This document shows, one piece after another, positions 1-9,619 of a stretch of 64,000 nucleotides of DNA. The notes below the pieces were generated by a model. It was not told the origin of the DNA and did no database searches. It was given only the letters and a program-made list of their open reading frames with translations. The translations under genes and the position numbers were made by a program. How positions within the stretch are numbered: position 1 is the first letter of the stretch; each line of letters begins with the position of its first letter. This stretch comes from Smithellaceae bacterium. GTDB lineage: Bacteria; Desulfobacterota; Syntrophia; Syntrophales; Smithellaceae. The DNA lies in contig CAXXVL010000001.1 of the NCBI GenBank assembly GCA_963667845.2, positions 404,148 through 468,147 on the forward strand. Direction: 5' to 3'.

Positions 1-374
1 CCCAGGATTCCGTCGAAGAAGCTGAACGCAAGCTTTTGAGCATCGGTGCTGCGGCCTGCCGCGTTAAATCCATTGAGGAGCTGGCCACGACGGACCCTTA
101 CATCGGCGCACGCGAAATGAGGCTGAAGAGAGTACAACCTTTTATCGGACCGATGACGATGGGGGGAAGCCCCCTGAAATTTTCGGAAACGCCGGCGACG
201 ATCAGGGGCTATGCTCCTTTTCTCGGCGAGCACAACCGGAGCGTTCTCTCGGAAGTCCTGGGTTATTCAGCAGGAGAGATCGATGTCCTCTACAGCCAAG
301 ACGTTATCTACGAAGCCCCGGAAGTGAAAGAACTCCCGGAGGAACTGAAGAAAATGGCCGGCAAGGAAGCATGA
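1..374 (+). CDS. Family III CoA-transferase (CaiB/BaiF type), C-terminal fragment; 5' end lies upstream of the window
   Basis: Frame is open from nt 3 to TGA at 372-374. The tail ...PFLGEHNRSVLSEVLGYSAGEIDVLYSQDVI resembles the conserved C-terminus of family III CoA-transferases. A full-length paralog lies at 19943-21136. Confidence 0.75.
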   Translation, partial: QDSVEEAERKLLSIGAAACRVKSIEELATTDPYIGAREMRLKRVQPFIGPMTMGGSPLKFSETPATIRGYAPFLGEHNRSVLSEVLGYSAGEIDVLYSQDVIYEAPEVKELPEELKKMAGKEA

Positions 375-668
375 GGCAGTCAATCCTGCGGCCATGAACC
401 CTGTGTAAGTGCAACACCCTGATGAAAACTGACTGAAGCAATTGACCGAAAACAGTAAAGGAGAGAGAAATGTCGACTTTACTTAAGGGGGCGCGGAACC
501 GTGCACGGTGACGGCCGATATTCAAAGAACATTTTCCAAAAGGCTTAAAGGGATTCCGCAAGGGGTTCGATGCAAGGCTTGTTCTGGAAAAAAACGAAAC
601 CTGCTCAAAACTCTGAAAAAATGATCTTTCAGATGAGCCTTAATGTTTAAAGAAAGGATTTTGTATAA

Positions 669-2330
669 ATGGAAAAGAAACCCTGGCTGAACCGTTATGA
701 CAATGGAGTACCCGCTTCGTTGAGATACCCGCGCATGATCATTCCCGATGTGCTTCAGGTGCCGGCAAATGCCCTGCCGGACAAAAAAGCCATCATCTAT
801 GAGGGAACCTCCATCACCTTCTGGGAACTCCGGAAGCTCGTGTTGAAGATGGCCAATTCCCTGAAAGATCTTGGCGTGACAAAGGGAGAGCGAGTGGGGC
901 TCCACCTGCCGACATGCCCCCAGTATGTCATTGCTTTCCACGCCGTTTTGTCGCTGGGCGCTATTGTCGTCAATCTCAATCCCATCTATCCCGCGGATGA
1001 GCTTGCCGTCATTGCGGAGCAATCGACCATTACAACTCTGATTACGATCGATAAAGCTCTGCCGAACGTCAGGAGCCTCTGCGCAAAATTCCACATTCCC
1101 CGCGTCATTTTATCGGATTCCGGTGATTTTACCCCTGCCGGACCCAATGCCTCCAAAGCCGCACTGGATAAAGGATGGCACCAGTTTATGAACTTATTGC
1201 CCGAAGGCAATGCTGGTATGGCCCGGATAAGAGTGGACATCAAACCGGAAGACCCGGCGGTGATTCAATTCACGGGAGGAACGACGGGTATTCCTAAAGG
1301 CGCTGTGTTGACCCATGCCAATGCCATGGCCGCCATGGCCCAGACCACGGTCTGGAGCATGCCGCGGGTGCGTCTGACGCCCATCGAAAGGCTCTCCACT
1401 CTGATTGTTCTGCCGCTTTACCACGTTTACGGGAACGTGGTTTCCAACTGGTCGATTTACAATTGTGCCACGCAAGTCCTGGTTCGTCAGTTTGAAATAG
1501 ACAAGCTCATGGATCTCATCGAGTCGATCGGCGAAATTACGTATTTCCCGGCTGTCCCCACGATGATCAGCGCCGTGATCAATCACCCCAGGGCCAAAGA
1601 AATGGAGATCGGGAAGATGATCGGCTTCATGAATTCCGGCGCGGCGCCGTGTCCGGCGGAATTGATCGAACAGGTCAGGGATGCCGGTATTTTTCTGACG
1701 GAGGGGTGGGGAATGAGTGAAACCACGGCCATCGGGATCAGCAATCCGATCATGGGTGTAAAGAAAGTTGGCGGTATCGGCATTCCCATTCCGGATACCG
1801 ATATCAAGCTTGTCGACCTGGAAACCGGACAAACGGAAGTCCCCCCGGGTCAACCGGGTGAGATCCTGATCAAAGGACCGCAGGTGATGAAAGAATACTG
1901 GCAGAGACCCGAGGAAACGGCCGATCAGTTGAAAGATGGATGGCTCTCCACCGGGGACGTGGCGGTCATGGATGAGGAAGGATACTTCTTTATCGTCGAT
2001 CGGAAAAAAGACATGATCATTTCCGGCGGCTTCAATGTCTATCCACGGGAAATCGACGAAGTGCTGCACCAGCATCCCAAGGTGGAAATGGCCGTCTCGG
2101 TCGGGATTCCCGATGCCTACCGGGGAGAATCCGTCAAGGCCTTTATTGTTCTGAAAGAGGGTGAAACATCGACGCCGGAGGAAATCATTGCTTTCTGCAA
2201 GGAAAAAATGGCGCCTTATAAAGTCCCCCGGTTCGTGGAATTTCGAAAGTCTCTGCCTCAATCCGCCGTGGGCAAGATCCTGCGGAAAACCCTGCGGGAC
2301 GAAGAGTTGGCAAAGAACAAAAAATTGTAG
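669..2330 (+). CDS. AMP-forming acyl-CoA synthetase / fatty-acid-CoA ligase (ANL superfamily)
   Basis: 553-aa ORF with AAAGGA RBS. AMP-binding signature FTGGTTGIPKGAVLTH, then GWLSTGDV..DEEGYFFIVDRKKDMIISGGFNVYPREIDEV and C-terminal PQSAVGKILRK. Confidence 0.92.
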   Translation: MEKKPWLNRYDNGVPASLRYPRMIIPDVLQVPANALPDKKAIIYEGTSITFWELRKLVLKMANSLKDLGVTKGERVGLHLPTCPQYVIAFHAVLSLGAIVVNLNPIYPADELAVIAEQSTITTLITIDKALPNVRSLCAKFHIPRVILSDSGDFTPAGPNASKAALDKGWHQFMNLLPEGNAGMARIRVDIKPEDPAVIQFTGGTTGIPKGAVLTHANAMAAMAQTTVWSMPRVRLTPIERLSTLIVLPLYHVYGNVVSNWSIYNCATQVLVRQFEIDKLMDLIESIGEITYFPAVPTMISAVINHPRAKEMEIGKMIGFMNSGAAPCPAELIEQVRDAGIFLTEGWGMSETTAIGISNPIMGVKKVGGIGIPIPDTDIKLVDLETGQTEVPPGQPGEILIKGPQVMKEYWQRPEETADQLKDGWLSTGDVAVMDEEGYFFIVDRKKDMIISGGFNVYPREIDEVLHQHPKVEMAVSVGIPDAYRGESVKAFIVLKEGETSTPEEIIAFCKEKMAPYKVPRFVEFRKSLPQSAVGKILRKTLRDEELAKNKKL

Positions 2331-2365
2331 CCTCCACCGGTCGGCAGCGGAAGGGCAGGGCGCAC

Positions 2366-2404
2366 CGGGGCATGACGACCCTTGTCCCGTGCCCCGTTTA
2401 CATT
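2366..2404 (+). terminator. Possible intrinsic terminator after the acyl-CoA ligase
   Basis: CGGGGCA (2366-2372) pairs with TGCCCCG (2390-2396), followed by TTTACATTTT. The 17-nt loop is long, so this is a weak call. Confidence 0.35.
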
Positions 2405-2492
2405 TTCCATCAGGTGAAGATAATTTGTCACAGCGCAAGCAAGAGAGAAAATAAATAAACTATAAACGAACTTTTGAAAGGAGAGTAGGTAA

Positions 2493-3989
2493 ATGAGAAG
2501 TATCCGTAACATTGTTCTTTGTATGTTGTGTTTTTTCTTGACGTTGTTTTTGGGGTTGCAAATTCCGTCTATGGCCTTTGCCGCCAAGGCGGAGAAGAAG
2601 GCAAAAGTGGAAAAGGCAAAGGATGCCATCCCCGGCTCCATGGATGAAAAAATAAAGAAGGCAATCGCATCAGTTGACTTCAGTAAAGTGAGCGACATGT
2701 CGGATTTTGATCCCGCCACGTGGGAGGGTCCGACCGGAGATGTCATCAAGATCGCTTACGTTAACGCGTTCTCCGGGCCGGGCGCCCTGAACGGACAGCT
2801 CCATGTTGCGCCGATTATGTTTGCGGTTCACGACATTAACAAGCGTGGCGGCATCTGGGTAGACGGCAAGAAGAAGCTGATCACGGTCATCAAGGCGGAC
2901 CACATGTCGAAAGCGGATCAATGCAAAAAGATTTGCGAGCGCATGGTCTTGCAGGAAAAAGTCCACATCCTGATGGGCACTTCCGGAAGCAACATGATGA
3001 AGATCATTAATGAGGTTGCCAATAAGTACAAGGTGATCGCCGTGAATGAGGGGGCGGTTTCCGACGATCTGATGGATGCCACGAATTTCGGACGCTATTC
3101 GTTCATGCCCTCCTTCTCCACCGAGCAGGTCGGACGCGGACTGGCTTTTTACTATGGCCAAATCCGGAAGAAAGAAAAGAAATTCTATATTCTGTGCCAG
3201 GATTATTCTTTCGGCCGGGGGATAGCCGATGGGTTCAAGAAGGGTTTGAAAGAATACTTCCCGGAGGCGCAGGTTGTCGGCGAGGACTATCATAAGCTCT
3301 TCCTGACCGACTTTGCCCCCTATATGACCAAGATCAAGGCCTCCGGTGCGGAAGTCATTTACTCAGGCGACTGGACCCCCGATTCCGGGAACCTTCTGAA
3401 GCAGGCGAGGCAGATGGGCATTAACATCCCCGTCGCCGATGTTTTTATGAACGAGCCGAACGAACTGCATGACGTCGGCATTGAGGGAACGAAGGGAATC
3501 GTCAACATTGATCAGGCGGAATCGTTCCCCCGCTTCACAAATCCCGCTCAGATCAAATTTTACAAAGCCTGGAACGACCAGTGGAAGAAATGGAAAAAAG
3601 CGCCATACAACAGCCATCTCTTCGAGCATGCAGGCGGAAATCTCCAGGCTTATATGATGTATGCCTATTGGACCCTCAGTGTGATCGAACGGGCCAAGAG
3701 CACGGACGCGGACAAGATTGTGAAGGTCTGGGAAGGCGATACCTTCCGCCAGGCCAATGGCAAGATCGTCAAAATGAGAGCGTGCGATCACAAGGCGATT
3801 CAGGACATGTATGTGTTCGAGTTGGTTCCTCCGAAAGAGCAGAAAATGGATTTCAATATACCGCCCTATCACTGGTATGAGGGATGCTCTTATTATGGGC
3901 CCGGTTACCTGATTCCGGCCGCGAAAGTCCTGCCCCAGATGGACCAGAAGTCGGACCGCTGCAAGGGGAAGAGCGACTGGGGTGAATAA
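2493..3989 (+). CDS. Periplasmic substrate-binding protein, type-1 PBP fold (LivK-like ABC solute receptor); no permease or ATPase gene adjacent
   Basis: 498-aa ORF with GGAGAG RBS and signal peptide (LCFFLTLFLGLQIPSMAFA). Leu/Ile/Val-binding-protein-like core (IKIAYVNAFSGPGA, GTSGSNMM, FYILCQDYSFGRG). Confidence 0.8.
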   Translation: MRSIRNIVLCMLCFFLTLFLGLQIPSMAFAAKAEKKAKVEKAKDAIPGSMDEKIKKAIASVDFSKVSDMSDFDPATWEGPTGDVIKIAYVNAFSGPGALNGQLHVAPIMFAVHDINKRGGIWVDGKKKLITVIKADHMSKADQCKKICERMVLQEKVHILMGTSGSNMMKIINEVANKYKVIAVNEGAVSDDLMDATNFGRYSFMPSFSTEQVGRGLAFYYGQIRKKEKKFYILCQDYSFGRGIADGFKKGLKEYFPEAQVVGEDYHKLFLTDFAPYMTKIKASGAEVIYSGDWTPDSGNLLKQARQMGINIPVADVFMNEPNELHDVGIEGTKGIVNIDQAESFPRFTNPAQIKFYKAWNDQWKKWKKAPYNSHLFEHAGGNLQAYMMYAYWTLSVIERAKSTDADKIVKVWEGDTFRQANGKIVKMRACDHKAIQDMYVFELVPPKEQKMDFNIPPYHWYEGCSYYGPGYLIPAAKVLPQMDQKSDRCKGKSDWGE

Positions 3990-4030
3990 ATAAGCGCTCC
4001 ATCAGCAAACATGATGTCAGTCAACGCGCA

Positions 4031-4066
4031 GGGTGCGCCTTTTCATATGGCGCACCCTGTCTTTTT
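4031..4066 (+). terminator. Rho-independent terminator
   Basis: Perfect 9-bp stem GGGTGCGCC (4031-4039) / GGCGCACCC (4049-4057), 9-nt loop, then TGTCTTTTT. Confidence 0.85.
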
Positions 4067-4067
4067 G

Positions 4068-4165
4068 ATCCCGCTTGGGCGGGACGAGCGTTAATTCTCC
4101 GCAGCTTGCTGCGAAACAATAATGTTCATTTCATATCTCGACAGCTTGTCGCGAGGTGGTTGATT
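4068..4165 (+). repeat. REP-A dispersed structured repeat, copy 1 (full length)
   Basis: ATCCCGCTTGGGCGGGACGAGCGTTAATTCTCCGCAGCTTGCTGCGAAACAATAATGTTCATTTCATATCTCGACAGCTTGTCGCGAGGTGGTTGATT. Aligns along its whole length with the copies at 38230, 47186, 49433 and 51761. Confidence 0.9.
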
Positions 4166-4418
4166 AACGAAAAGTTTCGGCAAGAGAGCCTGTCCCGGGA
4201 CAGCGCCTCAGCACACCCGTCAGAAAATCCTGAGCGTGTCGGGAGTATAAGGAATATTTCTTTCCGGTTCCATCTTTCGCGATGATTCCCTTGACATCAA
4301 GGCGGCGTATCCTATACTGTTTCCGCAAAAGCATTTCTCAAGCACGGGTTATCCGAATCCATATTGGCGCCATATTTCAGGAGAACATTTTACAGTCCGG
4401 TTGCCGGATGTTGAGATA

Positions 4419-4844
4419 ATGAAGACAGCCAAATACGAAGATTTCAAAATAGGGGATAAAGCCGAATATACCAGAACCGTCACGGAGGCGGATGTGGCCA
4501 AATTTGCGGAGGTCTCCGGAGACTTCAATCCCCTGTATGTAAACGATGAGTTTGCCCGAGCTACCCGGTTCGGCAAAACGGTGGTCCACGGCTGTTTTTC
4601 ATCCGCGCTCTTCTCCACCGTGGTCGGCATGAAGCTGCCGGGGCCCGGCGCGCTCTATGTGTCCCAGACCAGTAATTTCCGCAAGCCCGTCTTTCCAGGG
4701 GACACGTTGACCGCCACGGCGGAAGTGGTTGAAAAATTCGCGAAGAAAGAGGGTTCGCTGAAATTTCTTAAGCTGCGCACGATCGCGACGAATCAGGAAG
4801 GAGCCGTCGTCACGGACGGTGAAGCGCTCGTCATCGTTATGTGA
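4419..4844 (+). CDS. MaoC-like (R)-specific enoyl-CoA hydratase/dehydratase (hot-dog fold)
   Basis: FAEVSGDFNPLYVNDEFARATRFGKTVVHGCF...YVSQTSNFRKPVFPGDTL is a typical MaoC dehydratase signature. ATG at 4419 preferred over the upstream TTG at 4401. Confidence 0.88.
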   Translation: MKTAKYEDFKIGDKAEYTRTVTEADVAKFAEVSGDFNPLYVNDEFARATRFGKTVVHGCFSSALFSTVVGMKLPGPGALYVSQTSNFRKPVFPGDTLTATAEVVEKFAKKEGSLKFLKLRTIATNQEGAVVTDGEALVIVM

Positions 4845-4899
4845 ACACCTGTTTATTGCGTCGGCAGGATTTTTCATTTTTCTGACAGGAGGGAAAATC

Positions 4900-5463
4900 A
4901 TGAAACCGACAGAAATTCTCAAAGACGAACATAAACTGGTTCTCCTGATGCTTAAAATCATGGAAGCGGTGGCCGTCAGGCTTGATCAGGACAAACCTGT
5001 AAACACGGATGATCTTGAAGCCATCATCGATTTCATCCGCACCTTCACGGACAAATGCCATCATGCCAAAGAAGAAAAGCACCTGTTCCCCGCGCTGGAA
5101 AAAGCCGGGATGCCGCAAAATGACGGACCTATTGCCGTGATGCTCCGCGAACACGAGCTCGGCCGCAGCTATACCAGGGAAATGGACGGAGCGCTCGGCC
5201 TGATGAAGAGCGGCGATGCGTCTCGCGCGAAGACTTTCGTGGAGAACGCCCGCGGCTATATCCAGCTGCTGATCAACCATATCGACAAGGAAGAGCGCGT
5301 ACTGTTCGTCATGGCCGATCAGCTGCTGAGCCCTGCGGCGCAGGCGGATCTTGCGGAAGGCTTTGAACGCGTCGAACGCGAGGAAACGGGCGCCGGCGTT
5401 CACGAAAAGTATCACGCCCTTCTCCACAGGCTGCGTGATGCCTATCTCCAGGCGTCGGGATGA
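4900..5463 (+). CDS. Hemerythrin-like (HHE cation-binding) domain protein
   Basis: AGGAGGG RBS then ATG at 4900. Starts MKPTEILKDEHK; has CHHAKEEKHLFP, MLREHE and INHIDKEE, i.e. spaced His/Glu ligand motifs of hemerythrin-like domains. Confidence 0.8.
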   Translation: MKPTEILKDEHKLVLLMLKIMEAVAVRLDQDKPVNTDDLEAIIDFIRTFTDKCHHAKEEKHLFPALEKAGMPQNDGPIAVMLREHELGRSYTREMDGALGLMKSGDASRAKTFVENARGYIQLLINHIDKEERVLFVMADQLLSPAAQADLAEGFERVEREETGAGVHEKYHALLHRLRDAYLQASG

Positions 5464-5536
5464 GTGGACTTTCGGAGGCGTTGATTGGGAACTCTCTTTG
5501 TAGAGCCAGGAAAAGCTTTAGTTGAAAGGAGGATTT

Positions 5537-5944
5537 ATGATGATGAGCCGGCTGAAGACAATTGTTGTATTGATGGTTTTGCATATTCTCCTGTCGAGCA
5601 GTCTGATCGTTGCTGACGCAGACGCCGATAACGTCGTTTATATCAACAACGCAACTGCTTTCACCCTTACTGTCAGCGCGAAATGCATTGAATGCGGAAT
5701 TTTCGGATGGGGGAACGAGAATGACTGCTGGGACGCAAACCCTGTAAGCAAAACCCTGGATTCCCTTAAAGCAGGGTCTGTAAACTGTTTGCCGGTCACC
5801 GGACACAAATTCTTCGTCAAAGAAGTGACCATCACGAGCACGGTAAACAAGAGTTGTACTTTCCAACCACCCGCGAATTCAGACAGTACGTGGTATGTAA
5901 CATTATCGCTCGACAAATCTTATTTCAGTTGTACGAGGCAGTAA
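5537..5944 (+). CDS. Hypothetical exported protein
   Basis: AAGGAGG RBS, ATG at 5537, signal peptide (MMMSRLKTIVVLMVLHILLSSSLIVADA), several Cys. No recognisable family. Confidence 0.6.
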   Translation: MMMSRLKTIVVLMVLHILLSSSLIVADADADNVVYINNATAFTLTVSAKCIECGIFGWGNENDCWDANPVSKTLDSLKAGSVNCLPVTGHKFFVKEVTITSTVNKSCTFQPPANSDSTWYVTLSLDKSYFSCTRQ

Positions 5945-6048
5945 GAAAAATTGTACCTGGCTCCTTTTTGCACTGCATTTTATCATCTCTCCGGCAGGAG
6001 ACGAAGACACTTTAGAAAAGGAAGAATAACAGGAAAGGGAAATTAAAG

Positions 6049-7569
6049 ATGGCTTCCGAAAACATTCCCGTGATTATCGGTGCAGGCCAGGTGACAAAGA
6101 AGGAGGCGTCACGTGTGATCGACGGCTCGCCTGTGGATCTGATGGCCGAGGCCGTCGTGGTTGCGGCACAGGACGGCGGTTTGACAAGGCAGTGCCTTCA
6201 AAAAGCCGACCTGCTTATCACCACTTCGCTTTTTTCGGATGACGGTATTATCAACCCTCCGGGATGCGTGGTCGATAAACTTGATCTCTCCGATGCACAA
6301 TGTATGGTTTCCGGATTTGGCGGCATCATGCCGCACGCCATGCTGCATCATGCCATGAAAGCGGTCGCCGAAAACAAAGCCGGTCTGGTTCTCCTGACCG
6401 GAGCCGAAGCTCAGCACACCATGCAGCAGGCGAAAAATTCCCGGACATTTACCGGCTGGAAGGTAACATCTCAGCGCCCCTGCCTTGCGCCGCTGACTTC
6501 CCGGGGAGCGTTTGACGGAGCCTGCGAAACAGAACACATCCACGGTCTTTCGCTTCCCGCGACTGTCTATCCCATGTTTGAAAACGCGCTGCGCCGGCGG
6601 TATGGACGCACGATTACGGAACATACCCGCAAGCTGGGCGAGCTGATGAGCCGTTTTTCACACGTGGCGGCAAACAACCCGCTAGCCTGGTTTCGCGAAC
6701 CGCTTACGCCCGAGGAAATCATTACCGTTTCCGATGCCAACCGCAACACCGCATTTCCTTATACCAAGCGGATGAATGCCATGCTTGGGGTCGACCAGGC
6801 CGCCGCCCTCATTGTTACATCGGAGGCGCAGGCCCGGAAGATGGGTATTGACCCGGCAAAGTGGGTGTATCTGCATGGCTATGCCGAGGCCAGCGATCAC
6901 TGGTATATCCTGGAAAGAGAGGCCTACGGTTTTTCCCCGGCCATTGATATCGTCGGCCGAACTGCCCTCGCGCAGGCCGGCGTGACCATCGCAGACATCG
7001 ATTTCTTCGATCTGTACAGCTGCTTTCCCGTTGCCGTGCAGGTGACCCGCGACATGCTGGGCATTGCCGAAAACGATAATAGGCCGCTGACTATTACCGG
7101 AGGACTTCCCTATTTCGGCGGACCGGGAAATGACTACGTCATGCACTCCATGGCGCAAATGGTTGAGCTTCTGCGTCAACATCCCGGGAAGACCGGCCTT
7201 GTCACCGGTAATTCTTTTTACATGACCAAGCACTCGGCGGCCGTGTGCTCTACCACGCCCCCAAAAGACAATGCGGCGGCTACAGCCGATGTAAGCGTTT
7301 GCCAGAAAGCCGTTGACCTGCGGCCCAAACATCAGATTGATCCCAGGCCCGATGGGCGGGGTACAGTGGAGACCTATACCGTGATTTACGACCGGAACAA
7401 TTTGCCGGGTAAAGGCGTTGTCATCGGAAAAGAAGAAAATGGAAAACGTTTCGCGGCATTCACGCCGCCCGACCCATCTCTGTTTTCAGCAATGGTTACA
7501 GAAGACTTTTGCGGCACGACAGGGACGGTCGTATCCAAAGACAACGTCAACACCTTCACCCCCGATTGA
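6049..7569 (+). CDS. Thiolase-superfamily protein (acetyl-CoA acetyltransferase-like) with extra C-terminal beta-rich domain
   Basis: 506 aa. N-terminus IPVIIGAGQV, candidate nucleophile Cys in AQCMVSGFGG, C-terminal thiolase-like LTITGGLPYFGGPGNDY, then a tail of about 100 aa (GRGTVETYTVIYD...). Confidence 0.7.
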   Translation: MASENIPVIIGAGQVTKKEASRVIDGSPVDLMAEAVVVAAQDGGLTRQCLQKADLLITTSLFSDDGIINPPGCVVDKLDLSDAQCMVSGFGGIMPHAMLHHAMKAVAENKAGLVLLTGAEAQHTMQQAKNSRTFTGWKVTSQRPCLAPLTSRGAFDGACETEHIHGLSLPATVYPMFENALRRRYGRTITEHTRKLGELMSRFSHVAANNPLAWFREPLTPEEIITVSDANRNTAFPYTKRMNAMLGVDQAAALIVTSEAQARKMGIDPAKWVYLHGYAEASDHWYILEREAYGFSPAIDIVGRTALAQAGVTIADIDFFDLYSCFPVAVQVTRDMLGIAENDNRPLTITGGLPYFGGPGNDYVMHSMAQMVELLRQHPGKTGLVTGNSFYMTKHSAAVCSTTPPKDNAAATADVSVCQKAVDLRPKHQIDPRPDGRGTVETYTVIYDRNNLPGKGVVIGKEENGKRFAAFTPPDPSLFSAMVTEDFCGTTGTVVSKDNVNTFTPD

Positions 7570-7694
7570 ATAGGGTGACACTAGCGTTAGGGAGCAGTAG
7601 GGATGTCCGCTGGTTCCCTTATCCTGTTTGGCGCTTACAACGCCGCGGGACTGCGGTCAGCCAGCATGCCCGCGAATCAAAATTGGATGCGTTT

Positions 7695-8507
7695 CTATTT
7701 TTTTGTCCGTACAAATTTTTCGATTTGTTGAGAAAACCATTCTGGCTTTTCAATCATCGGCGCGTGTCCGCACTGAGGAATCGTTTCCAGCACAGTATCA
7801 GAAATATTTGCCTGGAATGCTTTCGCGACATCCAACGGAGTGATCCGATCTTCTTCCCCCCAGAGCAGCAACGTCGGTACTTTTAAGCCGGATAATTCAT
7901 TTTTCAGATTGTCCTCTTTAACACTTCGCGCGGCATAAATCGTATTCAATACGGCCCGTTTATCCCTGCTGAATTTCACAATTTCCTCAACCATCTCATT
8001 CGTAATAAACGAGGGATCATAAAAGACAGAAACAATATTTTTTCTAATGTCTTTACGCGTTGGATTGGTGGGAATAATTTCGGTTATACCGGACGGCGCA
8101 GACAATATTAATCCGGAAATCAGTTCCGATCTCGCAAGACACAAACGCAAGGCCACGTGCCCGCCAAGAGAATTACCGCATAAAAAAACGCGGTCCAATT
8201 CACGGCTTCTAATGAAATATTCCGTCCATAAAGCCAATGCTTTAACGCTGACGGCATCCCTCTCTCCTATAAATATTGGAAATGAAATAGATATCGGACG
8301 CGCAAAACGGGCCAGTGAATCAAAAACGCCCGCCCAATTAGAGGATGCGCCAAGCAAACCGTGCAACAACAAAATGTAGGGGCCCTGATGACCGCCTTCT
8401 TTGACTTCAATAAACGGAACGCGCTCTTCTTTGATCCATTGCGGCGGTTCCGAAATCATCCATTTGGCTGACTCTTGAAGTTTTATGATAATATCATGAT
8501 GAAGCAT
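7695..8507 (-). CDS. Alpha/beta-fold hydrolase
   Basis: LLLHGLLGASSNW oxyanion region, nucleophile elbow GNSLGGHVA, C-terminal catalytic His in PQCGHAPMIEKPEWF. Confidence 0.88.
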   Translation of the reverse strand: MLHHDIIIKLQESAKWMISEPPQWIKEERVPFIEVKEGGHQGPYILLLHGLLGASSNWAGVFDSLARFARPISISFPIFIGERDAVSVKALALWTEYFIRSRELDRVFLCGNSLGGHVALRLCLARSELISGLILSAPSGITEIIPTNPTRKDIRKNIVSVFYDPSFITNEMVEEIVKFSRDKRAVLNTIYAARSVKEDNLKNELSGLKVPTLLLWGEEDRITPLDVAKAFQANISDTVLETIPQCGHAPMIEKPEWFSQQIEKFVRTKK

Positions 8508-8971
8508 GCATCAGGACGCTTTCTGTATAACATCAAATGAACCATCGGTTTTAAAAGTCATGCGCGGTTTATGGAAGCCGCGTTCGGGGCTCCTGTTTCT
8601 CTCCGGCGCGTGCAAGACAATAAATTTTTCGCGGGCCTGTTGCGGACTTCCCGGCACAAAACCTTCGGCCGATTTGTGCCGAAGCATTTTCGTGGGTTGT
8701 GCCCGCAGACGCAAGGCTTGTATCCTTTATGTTAAAGGTATGTCAAGTGACACATTTTGACCTTGCCCTCTTTTCTAAAAAGGGGAGAGGTGTCTCTGAA
8801 ACATAGCGGGCGGTTCTCTTTGATCGGGATAAATTAACAATACGGAGTAAAGTTCAAAAATAAAACGAAAAAAAATAGAGTCATTCCCTTTTTCCTGAGG
8901 CGTGCAATTTTCTATTTCCTGAATTTGTGCTAGGCTGCAAAAAAATAAATATGAATTGAGCGGAATATTTT

Positions 8972-9526
8972 ATGCCAAATAATACAGACAGAATTCCGGG
9001 CCTGGCCGAATGCGAAGAACTCATGGCCCGATATGCCATGCTGCCCAATATCGTCGAACATTCCTTTCAGGTGATGCGCGTCGCGCTGGCCATTACCGAC
9101 AATCTCGTAGACGGTGTTTCCATTAATCGCGACATGGTCATTGCCGGGGCGCTGCTTCACGATATTACCAAAACCCGGTCGCTGCAAACAAAAGAAAGGC
9201 ACGCGGCATCGGGCGGCGCTCTTTTGCGCGAACTGGGATTTCCTCTGATTGCCGAGATTGTTGAGCAGCATGTCGTTATCGACCTGAATCCGGCAGGGCC
9301 GATCGTTGAAAAAGAAATCGTTTATTACGCCGACAAGCGGGTGATGCACGACAAAATAGTGACCTTCGAAGAAAGGGTCCAGGATTTATTAATCCGCTAC
9401 GGAAAAACGAATGAGATATACAATCTGATTCTGCAAAACCTGCAGCACGTCACATCGGTTGAACAAAAGCTTAACAGTTTTATGAAAATCGACATCCATG
9501 ATGCGATAAGGAAAATAACCGGATAG
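8972..9526 (+). CDS. HD-domain (HDIG-type) metal-dependent phosphohydrolase
   Basis: EHSFQVMRVA ... GALLHDITKT ... YYADKRV, the H..HD..D pattern of HD superfamily proteins. Confidence 0.8.
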   Translation: MPNNTDRIPGLAECEELMARYAMLPNIVEHSFQVMRVALAITDNLVDGVSINRDMVIAGALLHDITKTRSLQTKERHAASGGALLRELGFPLIAEIVEQHVVIDLNPAGPIVEKEIVYYADKRVMHDKIVTFEERVQDLLIRYGKTNEIYNLILQNLQHVTSVEQKLNSFMKIDIHDAIRKITG

Positions 9527-9575
9527 TCTCCGCAAAAGTTAAAAAGTTGGCAGCCTCTGTTTTTTGAATGAATCT

Positions 9576-9596
9576 GAATTGATATTTTGAAGTCCC
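9576..9596 (+). repeat. REP-E short dispersed repeat core, copy 1
   Basis: The core AATTGATATTTTGAAG plus a downstream CCCT is shared exactly with 22342-22368 and 25518-25542. Confidence 0.7.
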
Positions 9597-9619
9597 TATC
9601 GTCGCACTAAGGAGATGGC

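Noticed and set aside
1194-2438. 414-aa minus-strand ORF, together with other antisense ORFs at 522-1094, 2670-3293, 3363-3872, 6682-7332, 23031-23609, 32762-33481, 36194-36835 and 56255-56914
   Set aside because: All lie opposite genes with strong family signatures (ligases, SBP, thiolase, pcnB, hrpB, atpF) and translate to compositionally biased sequence.
8506-8760. ORFs of 84 aa (plus) and 67 aa (minus) in the 460-bp divergent intergenic region
   Set aside because: No RBS and mutually overlapping frames of biased composition. The region more likely holds the divergent promoters of the hydrolase and HD-domain genes.
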